Shown here: positions 25,621-39,530 of the stretch, piece after piece
How the letters are laid out: each line of letters opens with the position of its first letter
Position numbering within the stretch: the first letter of the stretch is position 1
Source of the DNA: Octopus sinensis
Lineage: Eukaryota
Length of the DNA stretch: 64,000 nt
Direction: 5' to 3'
NCBI RefSeq assembly: GCF_006345805.1
Contig: NC_043005.1
Coordinates: 29,450,001-29,514,000, forward strand
The notes under the pieces: generated by a model
Databases searched by the model: none
What the model saw: only the letters and a program-made list of their open reading frames with translations
What the model was told of the DNA's origin: nothing
Program-made: the position numbers and the translations under genes

Positions 25621-26159
25621 GATAAATATTAACGTGTAGAATATTGGGCTAAGAAATAGCTTTATATAGAAACATTTCGAAGTTAATAAATTCTTATAAT
25701 GTAAATAACATACGATTCTTACTGGTAAGAACAAAAGCTCATGAAATGGAAGCAGATAAGCTGAAGGGTTACTTGATGCAATGGCAGAGTTTTGGTCATC
25801 CTTACAGAAGATGTGGGTTCGTCTTCCACAGCAGCATTCAAAGGTTATTTTTAATCCTTACTCCTGCATGGCCCTCAGTCGAATGATTAATACAGATAAG
25901 AAATGAAATATTCTATACGCTATTATTCATAGCTTTATCTACTTCGAGTTCCTCAAAAAAAAGTAAACGATCCAGTTCAAATTTCTCGACGTTTCTAAAT
26001 TCTTAAACGACAAACACGAATACATTATATGCACTTATATGTGAGTATATATATATATATAGTTAATCCAAACAAGAAAACACAAAAAAACGCAGCAACG
26101 CGAGGACGTGGAACAAATAAAGTATTACTGGACGCTCAGGAAAGAAGGGAAGAAGGAGG

Positions 26160-26194
26160 GTTTAACGTTTCGAGCGGAGCTCTTCGTCGGAAAC
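26160..26194 (-). ncRNA. Hammerhead-like motif, core CCGACGA, in a pLTR-like fragment (about 26020-26260)
   Basis: guuu CCGACGA a gagc ucc gcuc GAAA cg UU aaac. Stem I is guuu/aaac and stem III is the palindrome ACGU. Confidence 0.55.
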
Positions 26195-26565
26195 AAAGGA
26201 GAAGGAAAGATCCCGAGAAGGGAAGACAGAGGAAAAAAAATTGCTGGCGGTGCTCATGATATATATATATTATTCGTTTTTGGATTTGGTTTGCAAGATT
26301 CTTTATATGAGTTCATGTGTTGAAGCATAAGAGTTAAGACTATTGAAAAGGTTACAAGACGCAACGAAAATTTAAGAAAATAAAAATAAGAAATAAGTGG
26401 AAATTTTACCGGTGAGTGTGTTAAATAATAAGGCACTAAAAGAGAATGACTCTCCCCAGACACAACAGTATTTATATATATACATATGTGTGTGTGTGTA
26501 TTCCTCACATATACATACATACACACACACACATACATACATACATACATACATACATACATACA

Positions 26566-26597
<32 letters not shown>

Positions 26598-26905
26598 CAT
26601 ATATATATTTATATATACATATATACAAGATAAGAAAATGGAGAAATACATCTAAATCAAATATCAATTACCAGATAATACTCAATCACATACTTTATTA
26701 AACCACCACATAAGAGACTGTAGGGTTAAATATAAAAAGCAGAACAAATCAGTGTACATAAAGGAATGTACATAAAAAAAGTATACATGAATAACAAAAA
26801 ACAGGAGTTACGTAGTCATTTCATTAGCTTACAGCCGTTTCTACTTTAAGTAAATATGCACCCACAGCTGAGTGCTAGTTCGGCATCTTATAGCTCTCTC
26901 AATGT

Positions 26906-26957
<52 letters not shown>

Positions 26958-27648
26958 ATCTTGCAGTAGACAGGCTTCATGCTATAACTCACAGAGGCAC
27001 GAATATTAATGTGACGACAGTGTTGGATATATCGAGACGGATCTAATTAAGATTACGTGTAATTAAACATAGAAATATACAGGAAACAGCGTTAATCTCT
27101 CTGCACAGACAACCACACCGAAAGCAATCACAGAGGAATCTCCCAATACGTCTATGTGTGCGCGCGCACGTGAGTGAGGGAGTGTGTGCGTATGGCTGTG
27201 TGTGAGTGTGTGCGTATGGCTGTGTGTGAGTGTGTGCGTATGGCTGTGTGTGTGTTTGTGTGTGTGTATGTGTGTGTGTGTGTGTGTGTGTATTCTTTTA
27301 CTTGTTTTAGTCATCTTGATTGCGGCCATGCTGGGGCACTGCCTTTAGTCGAACAAATCGACGCCGAGACTTATTCTTTTTAAGCCTAGTACTTATTTTA
27401 TTGGTTTGCTTTTGCCGAACCGCTAAGTTACGGAGACGTAAACACCAACATCGGTTGTCAAGCGATGGGGGGGGGGGGTTACATACACAGACACACAAAT
27501 ATATACAACCATGTGGTTGGTAAGCAAGCTACTTATTACCCAGCCACTCCTACGCCTATAACTATGAATGTGCCTGTGTATATATGCGTGTATGTATGTA
27601 TGTATGTATGTATGTATGTATGTATGTATGTATGTATGTATGTATGTA

Positions 27649-27681
<33 letters not shown>

Positions 27682-28295
27682 ATGTATGTATGTATGTATG
27701 TGTGTGTGTGTATGTATGTATTTATGTATGTATGTATGTATGTATGTATGTATGTGTACATGTATGTGTATGAATGCGTATGTGTACATGTATGTGTGTG
27801 TGTGCGTGTGCGCGTGTGCATGCGTGAGTAAAACAGACTAAAACGCATTCTACGCATTGGCTTCTGTGTAAACACACGTTTGCATATTTATAATATACAC
27901 TCGTACGTACAATGAAACGGATATGGCTGTGTGGTTAAGAAGTTTGCTTGCAACCAGGTGCGCTCGTGTTCAATTCCACCCTGGGGATCTTCAACAGGGT
28001 CGATCAATGCATTGCGAATGAATCTCGTAAATGGAAACTGGTGGAAGAATACACACGCACACACACTCACATATACACACATACACGCTCACACACGCAT
28101 AAAGACGCGCGCGCGCACATACGCACACACACACTTATATACGCGCGCACACACACACACATATACGCGCGCGCACACACACGCACATGCGCGCGTGTGC
28201 ACACACGTACACACACATAAACGCGCGCGCGCACACACACATACACGCACACACACACACACACACACCACACACACACACACACACACATGCAC

Positions 28296-30012
28296 TCGAG
28301 AGAAGTCAAAAATTATCCGCACCGGGCAAAACTCAGCTGGTTACGTAACCGAGGTTTGGCCTTGATCGCTGCAGTCTGCTTTCTTACGTTACAGAGTGAA
28401 CGTGGCCGCTCCGCTCGCATTGTGCAGCAAGGAAGAACAGAGATCTGAGATCCGACTTCTCTAGGTGTGTCATGGGCTGAAATTCACGACAAGCTTTCAG
28501 TACAAAACGGTGACAGCGCTTTATCACGTAGAAGTGTGTATGAAGGAATCGACAAACTTAATAAGGGCGGGACAAGAGTGAAGCACGAAGAGAGAAGAGG
28601 ACGCCCATCAACCTCCACCGCTGACGTGAAAATTCAACGAGCTCGATAGAGGCTTTTAGCACCCCGACGAGTGACCATCGATGAGGTACATGTGCTCTGT
28701 AAATTCATCATGGTTCACTATATGAAATCCTCCTCAACAAGCATTGCTTCGTTAAAGTTTGTGCGAGATGGGTGCCAAGAGAGTTTACCAAAGCACGATC
28801 GCGTGGAGATCTACCATCGCTTTACTCGACCACGATGGCGAGCTGGCAGAAACGTTAGCGCGCCGGGCGAAATGCTTGGCGGTATTTCGTCTGCGTTACG
28901 TTGTGAGTTCAAATTCCGCCGAGGTCGACTTTGCCTTTCATCCTTTCGGGGTCGATAAATTAAGTACCAGTTACGCACTGGGGTCGATGTAATCGACTTA
29001 ATACCTATGTCTGTCCTTGTTTGTTCCCTCTGTGTTTAGCCCCCTGTGGGTAATAAAGAAATAGGTATTTCGTCTGTCGTTATGTTCTGAGTTCAAATTC
29101 CGCCGAGGTCGACTTTGCCTTTCATCCTTTCGGGGTCGATAAATAAAGTACCAGTTTCGCACTGGGGTCGATGTAATCGACTTAATACCTATGTCTGTCC
29201 TCGTTTGTCCCCTCTATGTGTATCCCCCTTGTGGGCAGTAAAGAAATATACTCGACCGCGATAACAATGAAGGCGAAGCTTTTTTTTTTTTTTGTTGGAG
29301 AGAATTAGTCACAGATGAGAGCTGGGTTCATCTCTGAGTTAGGTTCTAAGAGGAAGAGTATGGAGCGGAAACACCGGAACGGAAATTGCCAGAAAAAAAA
29401 CAAAACAAACAAACTCAAGACTCAACCTTCCACAGAGAAAGTGATGCTAAACCATTTTTGGGGACACAAATGGCCTATACTGGAACATTGCCAGGAAAAG
29501 GGGTCTACATTGCTAGGAAAATGGGTCTACATTGCCAGGAAAAGAGGTCTACAGTCACCAGTGTAGGCTACAGTGAAATGCTGACCAACAAACTGAAACC
29601 AGCAATTCACACCAAGCACTGAAGTCTGCTGTTAAAGCAAATGTTATTGTTGCAGGACAATGTATACCCCATACGGCCATCCACACCCACTGAAACCATT
29701 GAAAAATTGAGTTTTGAATTGCTGGAACATCCCACATACAGTCCACATCTTGCCCCTTCTGACCACCATCTCCTTGGACAGCTCAGACATCCTTTACAAG
29801 GTTGTTGATTTGCAACAGAAGAAGAAGAAGCACAGCAATGGGTCCATAAATGGTTGTGAGGAAAGCTTCTGCTCCGACGGAATGAGCGAGTTTGTGGACC
29901 ACTGGAAGAAATGCGAGGAGACCGTGTCGAAGAAAGAGGTCACTGGTTCAACCCTTGCTTTTGTTTGAATTAATTATAGAAACCAGATTGCGTACAATCT
30001 TTCACTTACTCT
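28296..30012 (+). pseudogene. Near full-length decayed mariner element interrupted by a SINE
   Basis: AEIHDKL..SRRSVYE..GRPSTS, CARWVPRE, TDESWVH, KVML..FWDT.GPILEH, QDN..PHT, EHPTYSPHLAPSDHHL. Degenerate TIRs at both ends. Confidence 0.85.
28832..29248 (+). mobile_element. Dimeric-body tRNA/Meta-like SINE with a 9-bp TSD
   Basis: TSD tactcgacc at 28823-28831 and 29249-29257. The body is duplicated (~194 bp), as in 2743-3159. Confidence 0.88.
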
Positions 30013-30014
30013 TG

Positions 30015-30086
<72 letters not shown>

Positions 30087-30390
30087 CACGCACATACACA
30101 CACACACATGCGTGTGTATGTAAGTGCGTTTAATCTCTATATACGTATATATACTTCCAAAGCCATACGTATGCCTTCGTGTTCGTTCCACCACCATTTG
30201 ACAACCGTTGTTGGTTTGTTTACGGCTCCGTGGCTTGTTGTTTCAACAAAAAGAGACCAATAGAGTAAGTACCAATAACTGGGGTCGATTTGTTTCGACA
30301 AGAACCTTCAAGGCATTGCTCCAGCCTAGCCGCTATCCAATAAGTAAAAGAAAAGAATACATTAACCTTTTGTCTCTCTCTTTCTTTCTT

Positions 30391-30421
<31 letters not shown>

Positions 30422-30461
30422 CCCTCTCTCTGTCTCGGTCTTTCCCTCCCTCTCTCTGTCT

Positions 30462-30505
<44 letters not shown>

Positions 30506-31818
30506 TACACACTAAGGCACTCAATATACGCGCTCACACACAAGCTCAATTTCTGTCTCCCTCTGACACACACTCGCATTTGCACTCTTTCACCCTCACA
30601 TTTAAACACACACACACACACATACACACACACACTGATAGACGCACTCGTACACACGCACTCACGCACGCACACACGCATGCAATTTCATTGTTCTCTT
30701 TCTATCATTTTCACTGAAACACACACTTTAGCTCTTTATTTCACATGCTCGTCTACACATACACAAACACACACACGTGGATACATGCATGCATATTATA
30801 TCTATATATATATATATATATATAATATATATATATATATATACATACATAGATGCACATTCACTCCTATGTCTGTCCGCCACTCTCTCACTATTTTTCG
30901 GATACACGTACAAACAAATAATGCAGATGTTTACACACACACGCGCCTGCACACATACACACACACACACACACTGATTCAAACAGGCCCACAAATACCT
31001 CACTTAATGAACATTAGCGTACGCACATTAGCGTACGCACGCACACACGCACGCAATCATTGACATAGCCACACACATACACACACGCAAACAAGACAAT
31101 GAGTGAGCCTCACTGATCCGCTAGAAATAGCAACTAACATTCCCTCAAATTCCACCCTACTTTTTCCAACCAGGAAACACACGTGCAGTGAGGTAGTCAT
31201 GCACTATGAGTGAATCGGAGGCAGGATGTTCATGGATGGAACGGGTTTGGTCATAAGTCTTTTCGATCGGGAAAGATCCAGTAACATATTACATCACACA
31301 CACACACACACGCAAGCACGCACGCAAATACATTCTTAAACGAACTTATTTCGTATTTATTCGCTCACACACGTACGATACACACATACAAATACACACA
31401 CGCATGCACGCACACACACACACACACACGCGCGCACACACACACACGTATTCGCTTACCAGCCTGCTAGAAATAACAGCCGAATCTCTCTTAAATCAGA
31501 CCCTACCATCTTAAAGAGTGCACGGATGTAGTCCCAGGTTACACACACGCACACGCACACACACACGCACACGCGCGCGCACACACACACAACACACATA
31601 CACACACAAATATATGTGCATGCATACGCATACGTAACGGAGTGGTCAGGATTGACCTGTGGCTAAAGCACAACAAACACCGTGAAACACATCTCATCCT
31701 CTTTTCCTCTCTCTCTCTCCCTCTTTCACTCTTTCTCATACACACACACATACACTCACATACATGTACTACACGCGCAATTTAGTAAATCATGTAATGC
31801 ACACACACACACGCACAA

Positions 31819-31851
<33 letters not shown>

Positions 31852-32240
31852 CACAGAATAAATACTACATATACACACATCCTTCCGTACGGTAACCAAC
31901 ACATACATACATAAATCTTACACACGAGTGCACACGGAACGCTTAAATACCGTAGTGAGCATTAACACCACACACACACACACACACACAAACACAGAGA
32001 AAAACACGCACACACAGAAAAACACACACACAGAAAAACACACACACACAGAAAAATACACACACACACACACACACCGGCACGTACACACACCAGTTCG
32101 TCCGACGCATAGAACTTTGAAGGCAGTCACACGCACACATGCACACACACACACGCACACTCAAATACACGCGCGCTTACTAATAGCCATAGTTACACAC
32201 GCACACAACCACACTCATATATAACGATACACGCGTATAG

Positions 32241-32287
<47 letters not shown>

Positions 32288-33915
32288 TAGCGATAGCCAG
32301 CTCTATTTACATACACATAAATATGCACACACACACATAACACTACGCGCGCGCATAGATGCACACACACTCTCACTCATGCATACATACACAATCACGC
32401 ATACCATAAGCTCAGCTACTCACATAGACACACATTCATATAGCGTTACATACGGCTATGAGCACAGCTACACTCACACACCACTGATATAAGAGCTACA
32501 CTCACACATACATTTAAACACAAACACGAATAGCCGTATCCACTAACGCACACATGTACATACAGCAACGTACACAAAACCAAACACACACGTATATATA
32601 TGTATACATATGCATGCTTGTATATACCTATATGTACACACTTACAGACTCATAGGTGTATCCACACACGCACGCACATATACGTAAACGCATACACAGC
32701 CACGCATACGGCCATAAGCAGAGTCACTCACACGGCTACTCACATCCACTCACACACACAAAAGCCACATACATCCGTCAGTGTCGACAAGCTATTTATT
32801 GTAAAGCTATGCGTTGGATACATGTGGCTGTCTGTCACTTGAAGTATCTTGAACACCATAATACAGCAACATGTGTGTTGTCATTACACACCTGTGTGTC
32901 TCGTATACACACCTCTAGACGGACATAACTTATCCAAACTCGTATACATACATATACATATACATACATACATACATACATATATATATATATATATGCA
33001 TGTATGTATATTTGGATATGTACATGTTTGTATGTAGTATGTTTGGGTTTACGAGCGGAAAAAAAGAACTCAATACGTGACGCAGGGTATATATAATATT
33101 TTCTGAGATTTGCTACTGGAGTTACTCAAAGGCCTAGGATTTCGTGTCAAGGTACACAACATATATTTATACATATGTATTTATGCATACATACACACAA
33201 CTTTTGCATGCATATCCGCACGAACATGTATATATGCTAATGTTTTCATAGAAACACACTTATGCACAGATATATGTGTGTATGTATTTATTCGTGCACA
33301 CAACTATCTCGACTTAAGAGAAATAACAGCGTACACTTAAAACAACTCTGAACATAATACATATATACAATACACAAATACAAACACTCGCATTCAGACA
33401 TTACACACACACACACACACGCACACACACACGCACGCACACACACACACACGCACGCACACACACACACACAGAGAGTTCATTGCACGCACACGTTCAT
33501 ATACATATATTGTTATACATTTTATATTTTTACGCACACATACACACACACACTCCTTCAACACTCAGAAAAGAGAGAGAGAGAGAGAGAGGGGGAGAGA
33601 AAGAGAAGAAAGTAAAAAAAAAAGGAGAAAAGAGGAGAAAATAACAGATGAGAAATATAGTGTAGGTGGTGATGGTGGTGGTAGTGGTGAGAGGGAGAGA
33701 GAAAGAAAATGAGAGAAGGTGAGAGAGAGGCTTGTGTGGTTTATTAGTTCAGTAGGATGTTGTTGAGGTTCGATTCTCAGTGCTGTCACGTTTAACCCCG
33801 CTCAGACAGATCACAGAACTAATAACAACAGCAACCACACTTCATCCATCTTCCTATATACACCAGATTCAACGTGGATTTCTCAGTATTAACGGATAAA
33901 CTACGAACTAACTTG

Positions 33916-34107
33916 ATGGGTTGTGCACCCAGCATACGTGGGTCCCGACCTGGCTACTGTCGGGACCGAGCCGATGACTCGAACTCGTCACCGGTGGCCA
34001 GGTCACCACCGAAGTTAAGTCGCCTCTTCCCAATTACACGTGCGTTACGCTCCGGCAATTTACCCACGGATAACCCGGAGAGCAACGAACCACCACCCAA
34101 TGAACAG
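33916..34107 (+). CDS. PDE8: First coding exon of a PDE8-family cAMP phosphodiesterase
   Basis: MGCAPSIRGSRPGYCRDRADDSNSSP closely resembles the remembered N-terminus of vertebrate PDE8B ([26 protein letters not shown]). The 64 codons end at a consensus phase-0 donor CAG|GTAAGT. It is a high-complexity island among microsatellites. Confidence 0.85.
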
Positions 34108-34143
34108 GTAAGTTTGTCTTTCTCGACATCTTTCTATATGTGA

Positions 34144-34201
<58 letters not shown>

Positions 34202-34261
34202 GAAATATCAGTACCTTGGTATGCACCTGTATGCATGTATTTAATTGCTATCATGTTCATA

Positions 34262-34300
<39 letters not shown>

Positions 34301-34307
34301 ATATATA

Positions 34308-34362
<55 letters not shown>

Positions 34363-34699
34363 AATATATATATACATACATACATACACATGTATATATA
34401 AACATCTAATGATGAGGTTGCTACACATGTATATATGCGTGCGTGTGTTTGTGTGAAGAAACACATGCATACACATATGGATGCATGTGTATATCTATCA
34501 GTCTATTTATTATTATTCACCCATGCATAATATTTATGTATGTGCATATGTGCACACGCACACACACACACACACACACACCACACACACACACACACAT
34601 ATATGCTTATATTTTTAATATAGTAATTTTGCGCGCGTACACACATATGCAAATATGTGCTTATTTCTTTCTCTCTGTCTTTCGCTGTACATACATACA

Positions 34700-34748
<49 letters not shown>

Positions 34749-35533
34749 GTATATACATACACACACACATACATGCGTACATACTTACATGGGTATTTGT
34801 TAATGTCTGCATAAATATTATTGCTGTAATACTACTGATGCTCAAAACACACAATCCCACTCACCCAGTACGAATTATGAGTAGGTGTATATAGTCATTA
34901 TATGTGTGTGCATTTGTGCATGTGTGTATAGATATAGTTGGGGGTATATATGTATACGTGTTTATAGGTGTGCATGCATGTGACACGACATACATACATG
35001 CATACATACATACATAATACATATATATATATAAATAAACGCGTGCACTACATAATATATAAAGTTACATGAACAATACATTAGTTTGTAATTATTCCAT
35101 TGATGTTTTCTCCGCTCTATGTTTACATTTTATTTTCACACACACACACACACACAGTGATATACATGTACCTACTCCGACATGGACATTCACTCTTTCT
35201 CTCACACACTCTTTATCTTTCTCTTTTCCTCTCAAGCTTTCTTTCACTAATATTCACCTTCTCTCTTTCTCTCACTCTCTCTCCGTCTTATTACGTGTAT
35301 GTTTGTATGTGTGTGTGTGATGTGTCAGTGTGCACGTGTGTGTGTATGTGTGTGTCGCAATCAGCTTTCTCTTGTAACACCCGCAAGCACGTACGCACAC
35401 AGCAAAACTCGTGCGCATACAAACATTCATACACACACACACACATACGCGCACGCACGCATACCGTACTTCCCGTTTTGTCTATTCCTCTCCCTCTCTC
35501 TTCCTCTCTCTCTCTGTCACACATATATATATA

Positions 35534-35564
<31 letters not shown>

Positions 35565-36707
35565 CATATATACATACACATAGATATAGCCACACATACA
35601 TACATGCACATAACACATACATCCATACATGCATATATATATATATTCATATATTTGTTTCTATGTCTCTGTCTTTCTATAGACTTTTGCCTCTTACTCT
35701 GTATATATGTTATGTCCAGCTCAATAAACAAGGATTACCTAACAAAGTTTCGTTACAACAACCACAACAACGTGAACAACAGCAACAATATAGATCAGAT
35801 GTCATCGCCTCCACCCTGTCCACTCTGCCCTAGATTCCGTACCCGTTACCCTCTCATCATCACCATCACCATCACCATCACTACAGTCAAGTTCGTCCTT
35901 CACATGTAAACTTCTATATTTCAAAAACATCATCTTTACTGCTTTATCTTACATCATTACTATTCACCCTCCCCCTCCCTACGCTACTTCTCTTCCTCTG
36001 CTTCTTCATGTTCTACACATATACATACCTCTCTCTTCTTCTCTCTCCCTATCTCTCCCTTCTCCTCTCCTGTTCTGTCTCCGTTTCTCTTCTTTTGTCT
36101 TCTTCCCTTTCGCTTTCTTCCTCTCTCTCTCTTCTTACTTTTTCTCTGCCGTCCCCCCCCTCTCGTATTTTTCTCTCTTATTCCCTCTTTCCTTGTCCCT
36201 TTCCATCCCTGCCTCTCCCCCCCTCTCTCTGTCCGCACCTTCAACGATATTTATTTGGCAGAAACGAAAGAGCGTCGGACAATATGTCTTATGGAATTTA
36301 GCTGCATTTCTTTTTTGCTCTGAGTTCAAATCCTGCTCAGGTTTGCAAACTTTGCCTTTAAGGCCTGAAATCAATAAATAAAGTATCCGTCGAGTACTGG
36401 AATCGATATCATCGATTGTACCCCCTCCTTTCTCTCCGCGCAAGATGTGTAGCTTTCGACCAATATTAGAAATCAATATTAGAAATATAAGCGATCGGCC
36501 TTATATCCTTAACTCGAGATATGTCATACTTTACAAGGAAGAGGTAGTTCTGTGATATTTTGGTGTTCATGCCTTTATCGAGAAAGGAAACTGGCTTTGA
36601 CGACTAAAAGATATAAGTCAATGTGGTGGCCACTAAGTGGATACTTTAGGTGTCTACGTAGGCTTTCTCCTTCCCTTTTTTCTTTCTTCCTAACCATGTC
36701 TGCTTGT

Positions 36708-36747
<40 letters not shown>

Positions 36748-37301
36748 CTTTCTCTCTCTCAGTCCCTCTGACCAAAAAACTTTAACCCGGGATATTTTTC
36801 ATGTCGATTTTTTAAATTTTTGTTATGATCGTTGATGCAGTCACAGTTGTGGGCTATGAGTTGTTGCTATGGCTATGTTTGTTGTTATGGTTGTTGGTGT
36901 TGTTATAGTTGTTGTTGTCTAGGCCGTATATACGGTATAGGTTCTTACAATGCATGATGGTGCTATTAAATATACGGCACTGCTCCTTCCATCATCGGCT
37001 TCATATGACCTCACCGCTACTGTTTTTGCTTCTAACACCCTGATAAGGGAAACAGCTACTCAAAGACCTACACCTTGTAAAAGTTCTTTAACCCCCGATC
37101 TTATTCTGTGGTACCTGAATGTGGGTAACGTGCCTTTATGTATTCTCGTGGGTACCATGTCTTGGTGTTTTTCTCCTCCTCTGCCTGTTTGTTGTCTGGG
37201 AGTCTTACTAAACATTCTGAAAGCATCATGGCTCAGAAGAATTATTTTGGATGAAGTTCTACCTTTCAGGTTATTCAGGGGTTTATGTGTGTGTGTGTAT
37301 G

Positions 37302-37401
<100 letters not shown>

Positions 37402-37455
37402 CATATTTATATATACATATATAAGTATATATATACATATATATACATATACATA

Positions 37456-37508
<53 letters not shown>

Positions 37509-37601
37509 CTATGCATATATATACATATCTATGCATATATATACATATGTATGTATATTTATACATATATATATATGTATATATATACATATATATATGT
37601 A

Positions 37602-37679
<78 letters not shown>

Positions 37680-37775
37680 CTATCTATCTATCTATATAAT
37701 ATATATATATATATATATACAATATATATGCATATATATATACACATGTATATATATATATATATATATATATAG

Positions 37776-37827
<52 letters not shown>

Positions 37828-37929
37828 GGAGTAAACACATAAATGTGAAACAAGGTGGAAAAAAGAGTACTCAAATACCAGTGGTAGAGTAATATGCTTT
37901 ATTTTAAGCAGCAGAAAATTCAACAAAAT

Positions 37930-37967
37930 CTGTTACTCTGAGTTTCTCGTTGCCGTTCATCAGACAG
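37930..37967 (-). ncRNA. Minimal type I hammerhead motif
   Basis: cugu CUGAUGA acg gcaa cga GAAA cuc a gag UA acag. Canonical core; stem II has an A.A closing mismatch. Confidence 0.65.
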
Positions 37968-37979
37968 TTCTAGCAAAAA

Positions 37980-38017
37980 CTGTCTGATGAACGGCAACGA
38001 GAAACTCATAGTAACAG
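37980..38017 (+). ncRNA. Minimal type I hammerhead motif (damaged stem III)
   Basis: Mirror copy of 37930-37967, but stem III reads cuc a uag (C.U mismatch). Confidence 0.55.
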
Positions 38018-38050
38018 ATTTTGTTGAATTTTCTGCTGCTTAAAATAAAG

Positions 38051-38089
<39 letters not shown>

Positions 38090-38810
38090 ACATATGAAGA
38101 TGGTGATGATGATGATGGCTGATGGATACCAACTGATTTCGGAACTTATGTAATTTTATTGAGGCCGCCTCCCCACTTCTGCCATGCGACTCTTAACCAG
38201 GCTAAACGGTGCAGAAATGCCCGTCTCTCTGCAGCTTCGGCTAAGTTTACCACCGCCACCACCACCACCACCACTACTGCTAATGCTGCTGCTGCTACTG
38301 CTGCTGCGCTTGCTTCGGCTGCTGCTGATGTTTTAGTTTAGTCGTACTAAGTTTCTCTTCTTGATGTTTGTTGTTGTTTTTGTTGTTGTTGCAATTCAGA
38401 CATTGCTGCAGCTATTACTGCAGTCACTGCAGTTATTGTTGGCACTGGTGCAAATACTGTCACCGTTGTTGTTGTTGTTGTTGTTGCTGTTATTGCCGAT
38501 TATGTTGTTGCTTGTTGTTCAGACCAAGTCGGTCCTGACCGAACCACATCGATGGCCAAAGACTTTCCAGCCGTGACCATCGCATATATATATTTCAATG
38601 TGTTATGTAGCGTGATAAGTGGGAAATTTGGCTGCTATTTCTAGGAGATGGACCGACCGACCACACAAAGACTTCCTTGTTGACTCTTATTTGCCATGGA
38701 TGTTGTCGTGGTCGTGGTGTTCCTTATTGTTGTTGCTAATGATGACAGCAGCATTTGGGAGAGTGCCGAAGCCGTAGTTCTTTTTGTTCTGATTTCAATT
38801 CCAGCTGCTG

Positions 38811-38846
<36 letters not shown>

Positions 38847-39032
38847 ACTCTTCAGGGTTCGATCAAATAAAGAACCACTGATGTAGTGAGGCCGATGTAA
38901 CCGGCTACACTACTCACCATCCCCAAACATATTTTTTGCTGTTTCTGCTGCTGCTGTTGTTGTTGTTGTTGTTGATGCACGCAAGCCAGTTCCAAGACTT
39001 TACAACTCCCGGTGACACACACACACTGCAAC

Positions 39033-39202
39033 TACCATATTTACTCTCGTATATAAGTCGCACCCTAATTTTATGTTAAATCTCGGTACCAATTTCTTTC
39101 ATTTCATATTCAAACTTGATATCCGTGTATCAGTCGCACCTTAATTTTTTCCACTTAAAATCAAGTTTAAATAGTGCGTGTTATACACGAGTAAATACGG
39201 TG
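39033..39202. mobile_element. pogo/Tigger-type MITE
   Basis: Imperfect ~30-bp TIRs: taccatatttactctcgtatataagtcgcac ... gtgcgtgttatacacgagtaaatacggtg. Confidence 0.6.
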
Positions 39203-39309
39203 TCTCTCTCTCTCACGTTTTATTTATCTTATTCCCACTTTCTCTTCTTGCTCCCTCTCTCGCTCACACATTTATTCTCTTCATCTTCCATAACAAAACA
39301 ACAAATTAC

Positions 39310-39530
39310 ACAGTGATGGCTTGTTGCCAACTTAATGTGGCAGTCCCAGGAAAAGGAAGAATGCTTCTGCTATTTAGCCCCAAGGAACACCGTTTCTAGT
39401 TGGCTACTTGACACAAGCGTTCTGTGTCCTTAAGTTTTCAAACAGGGGAGATAAACACCTCCCCAACAAACTCAACAGTCAGAGACTAGTTTCAGAGTGG
39501 TTGCTCTTCATCAGTCTGGCGTAGCTTGGC
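39310..39530 (-). mobile_element. Older member of the ORF-less HHR element family (partial second copy at about 40175-40290)
   Basis: Shares agcccc..ctagttggct..gacac..tgtgtcc with the 48003 element, followed by an HHR at the equivalent position. Confidence 0.55.
39480..39518 (-). ncRNA. Canonical minimal type I hammerhead ribozyme
   Basis: caga CUGAUGA agag caacca cucu GAAA cuag UC ucug. All core nucleotides are present, stems I and II each have 4 bp, stem III is the palindrome ACUAGU, and the predicted cleavage site is GUC. Confidence 0.85.

Larger units (their letters stand above)
37892..38055. mobile_element. Fold-back pLTR fragment: 78-bp inverted arms, each carrying an HHR motif
   Basis: Arms at 37892-37969 and 37978-38055 with an 8-nt loop, flanked by (TA)n on the right. 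Confidence 0.8.

Noticed and set aside
36950-37280. Complex 5' part of ORF 36950-37699 as a host exon
   Set aside because: No recognisable domain or splice context; more likely an antisense LINE fragment running into (TCTA)n.
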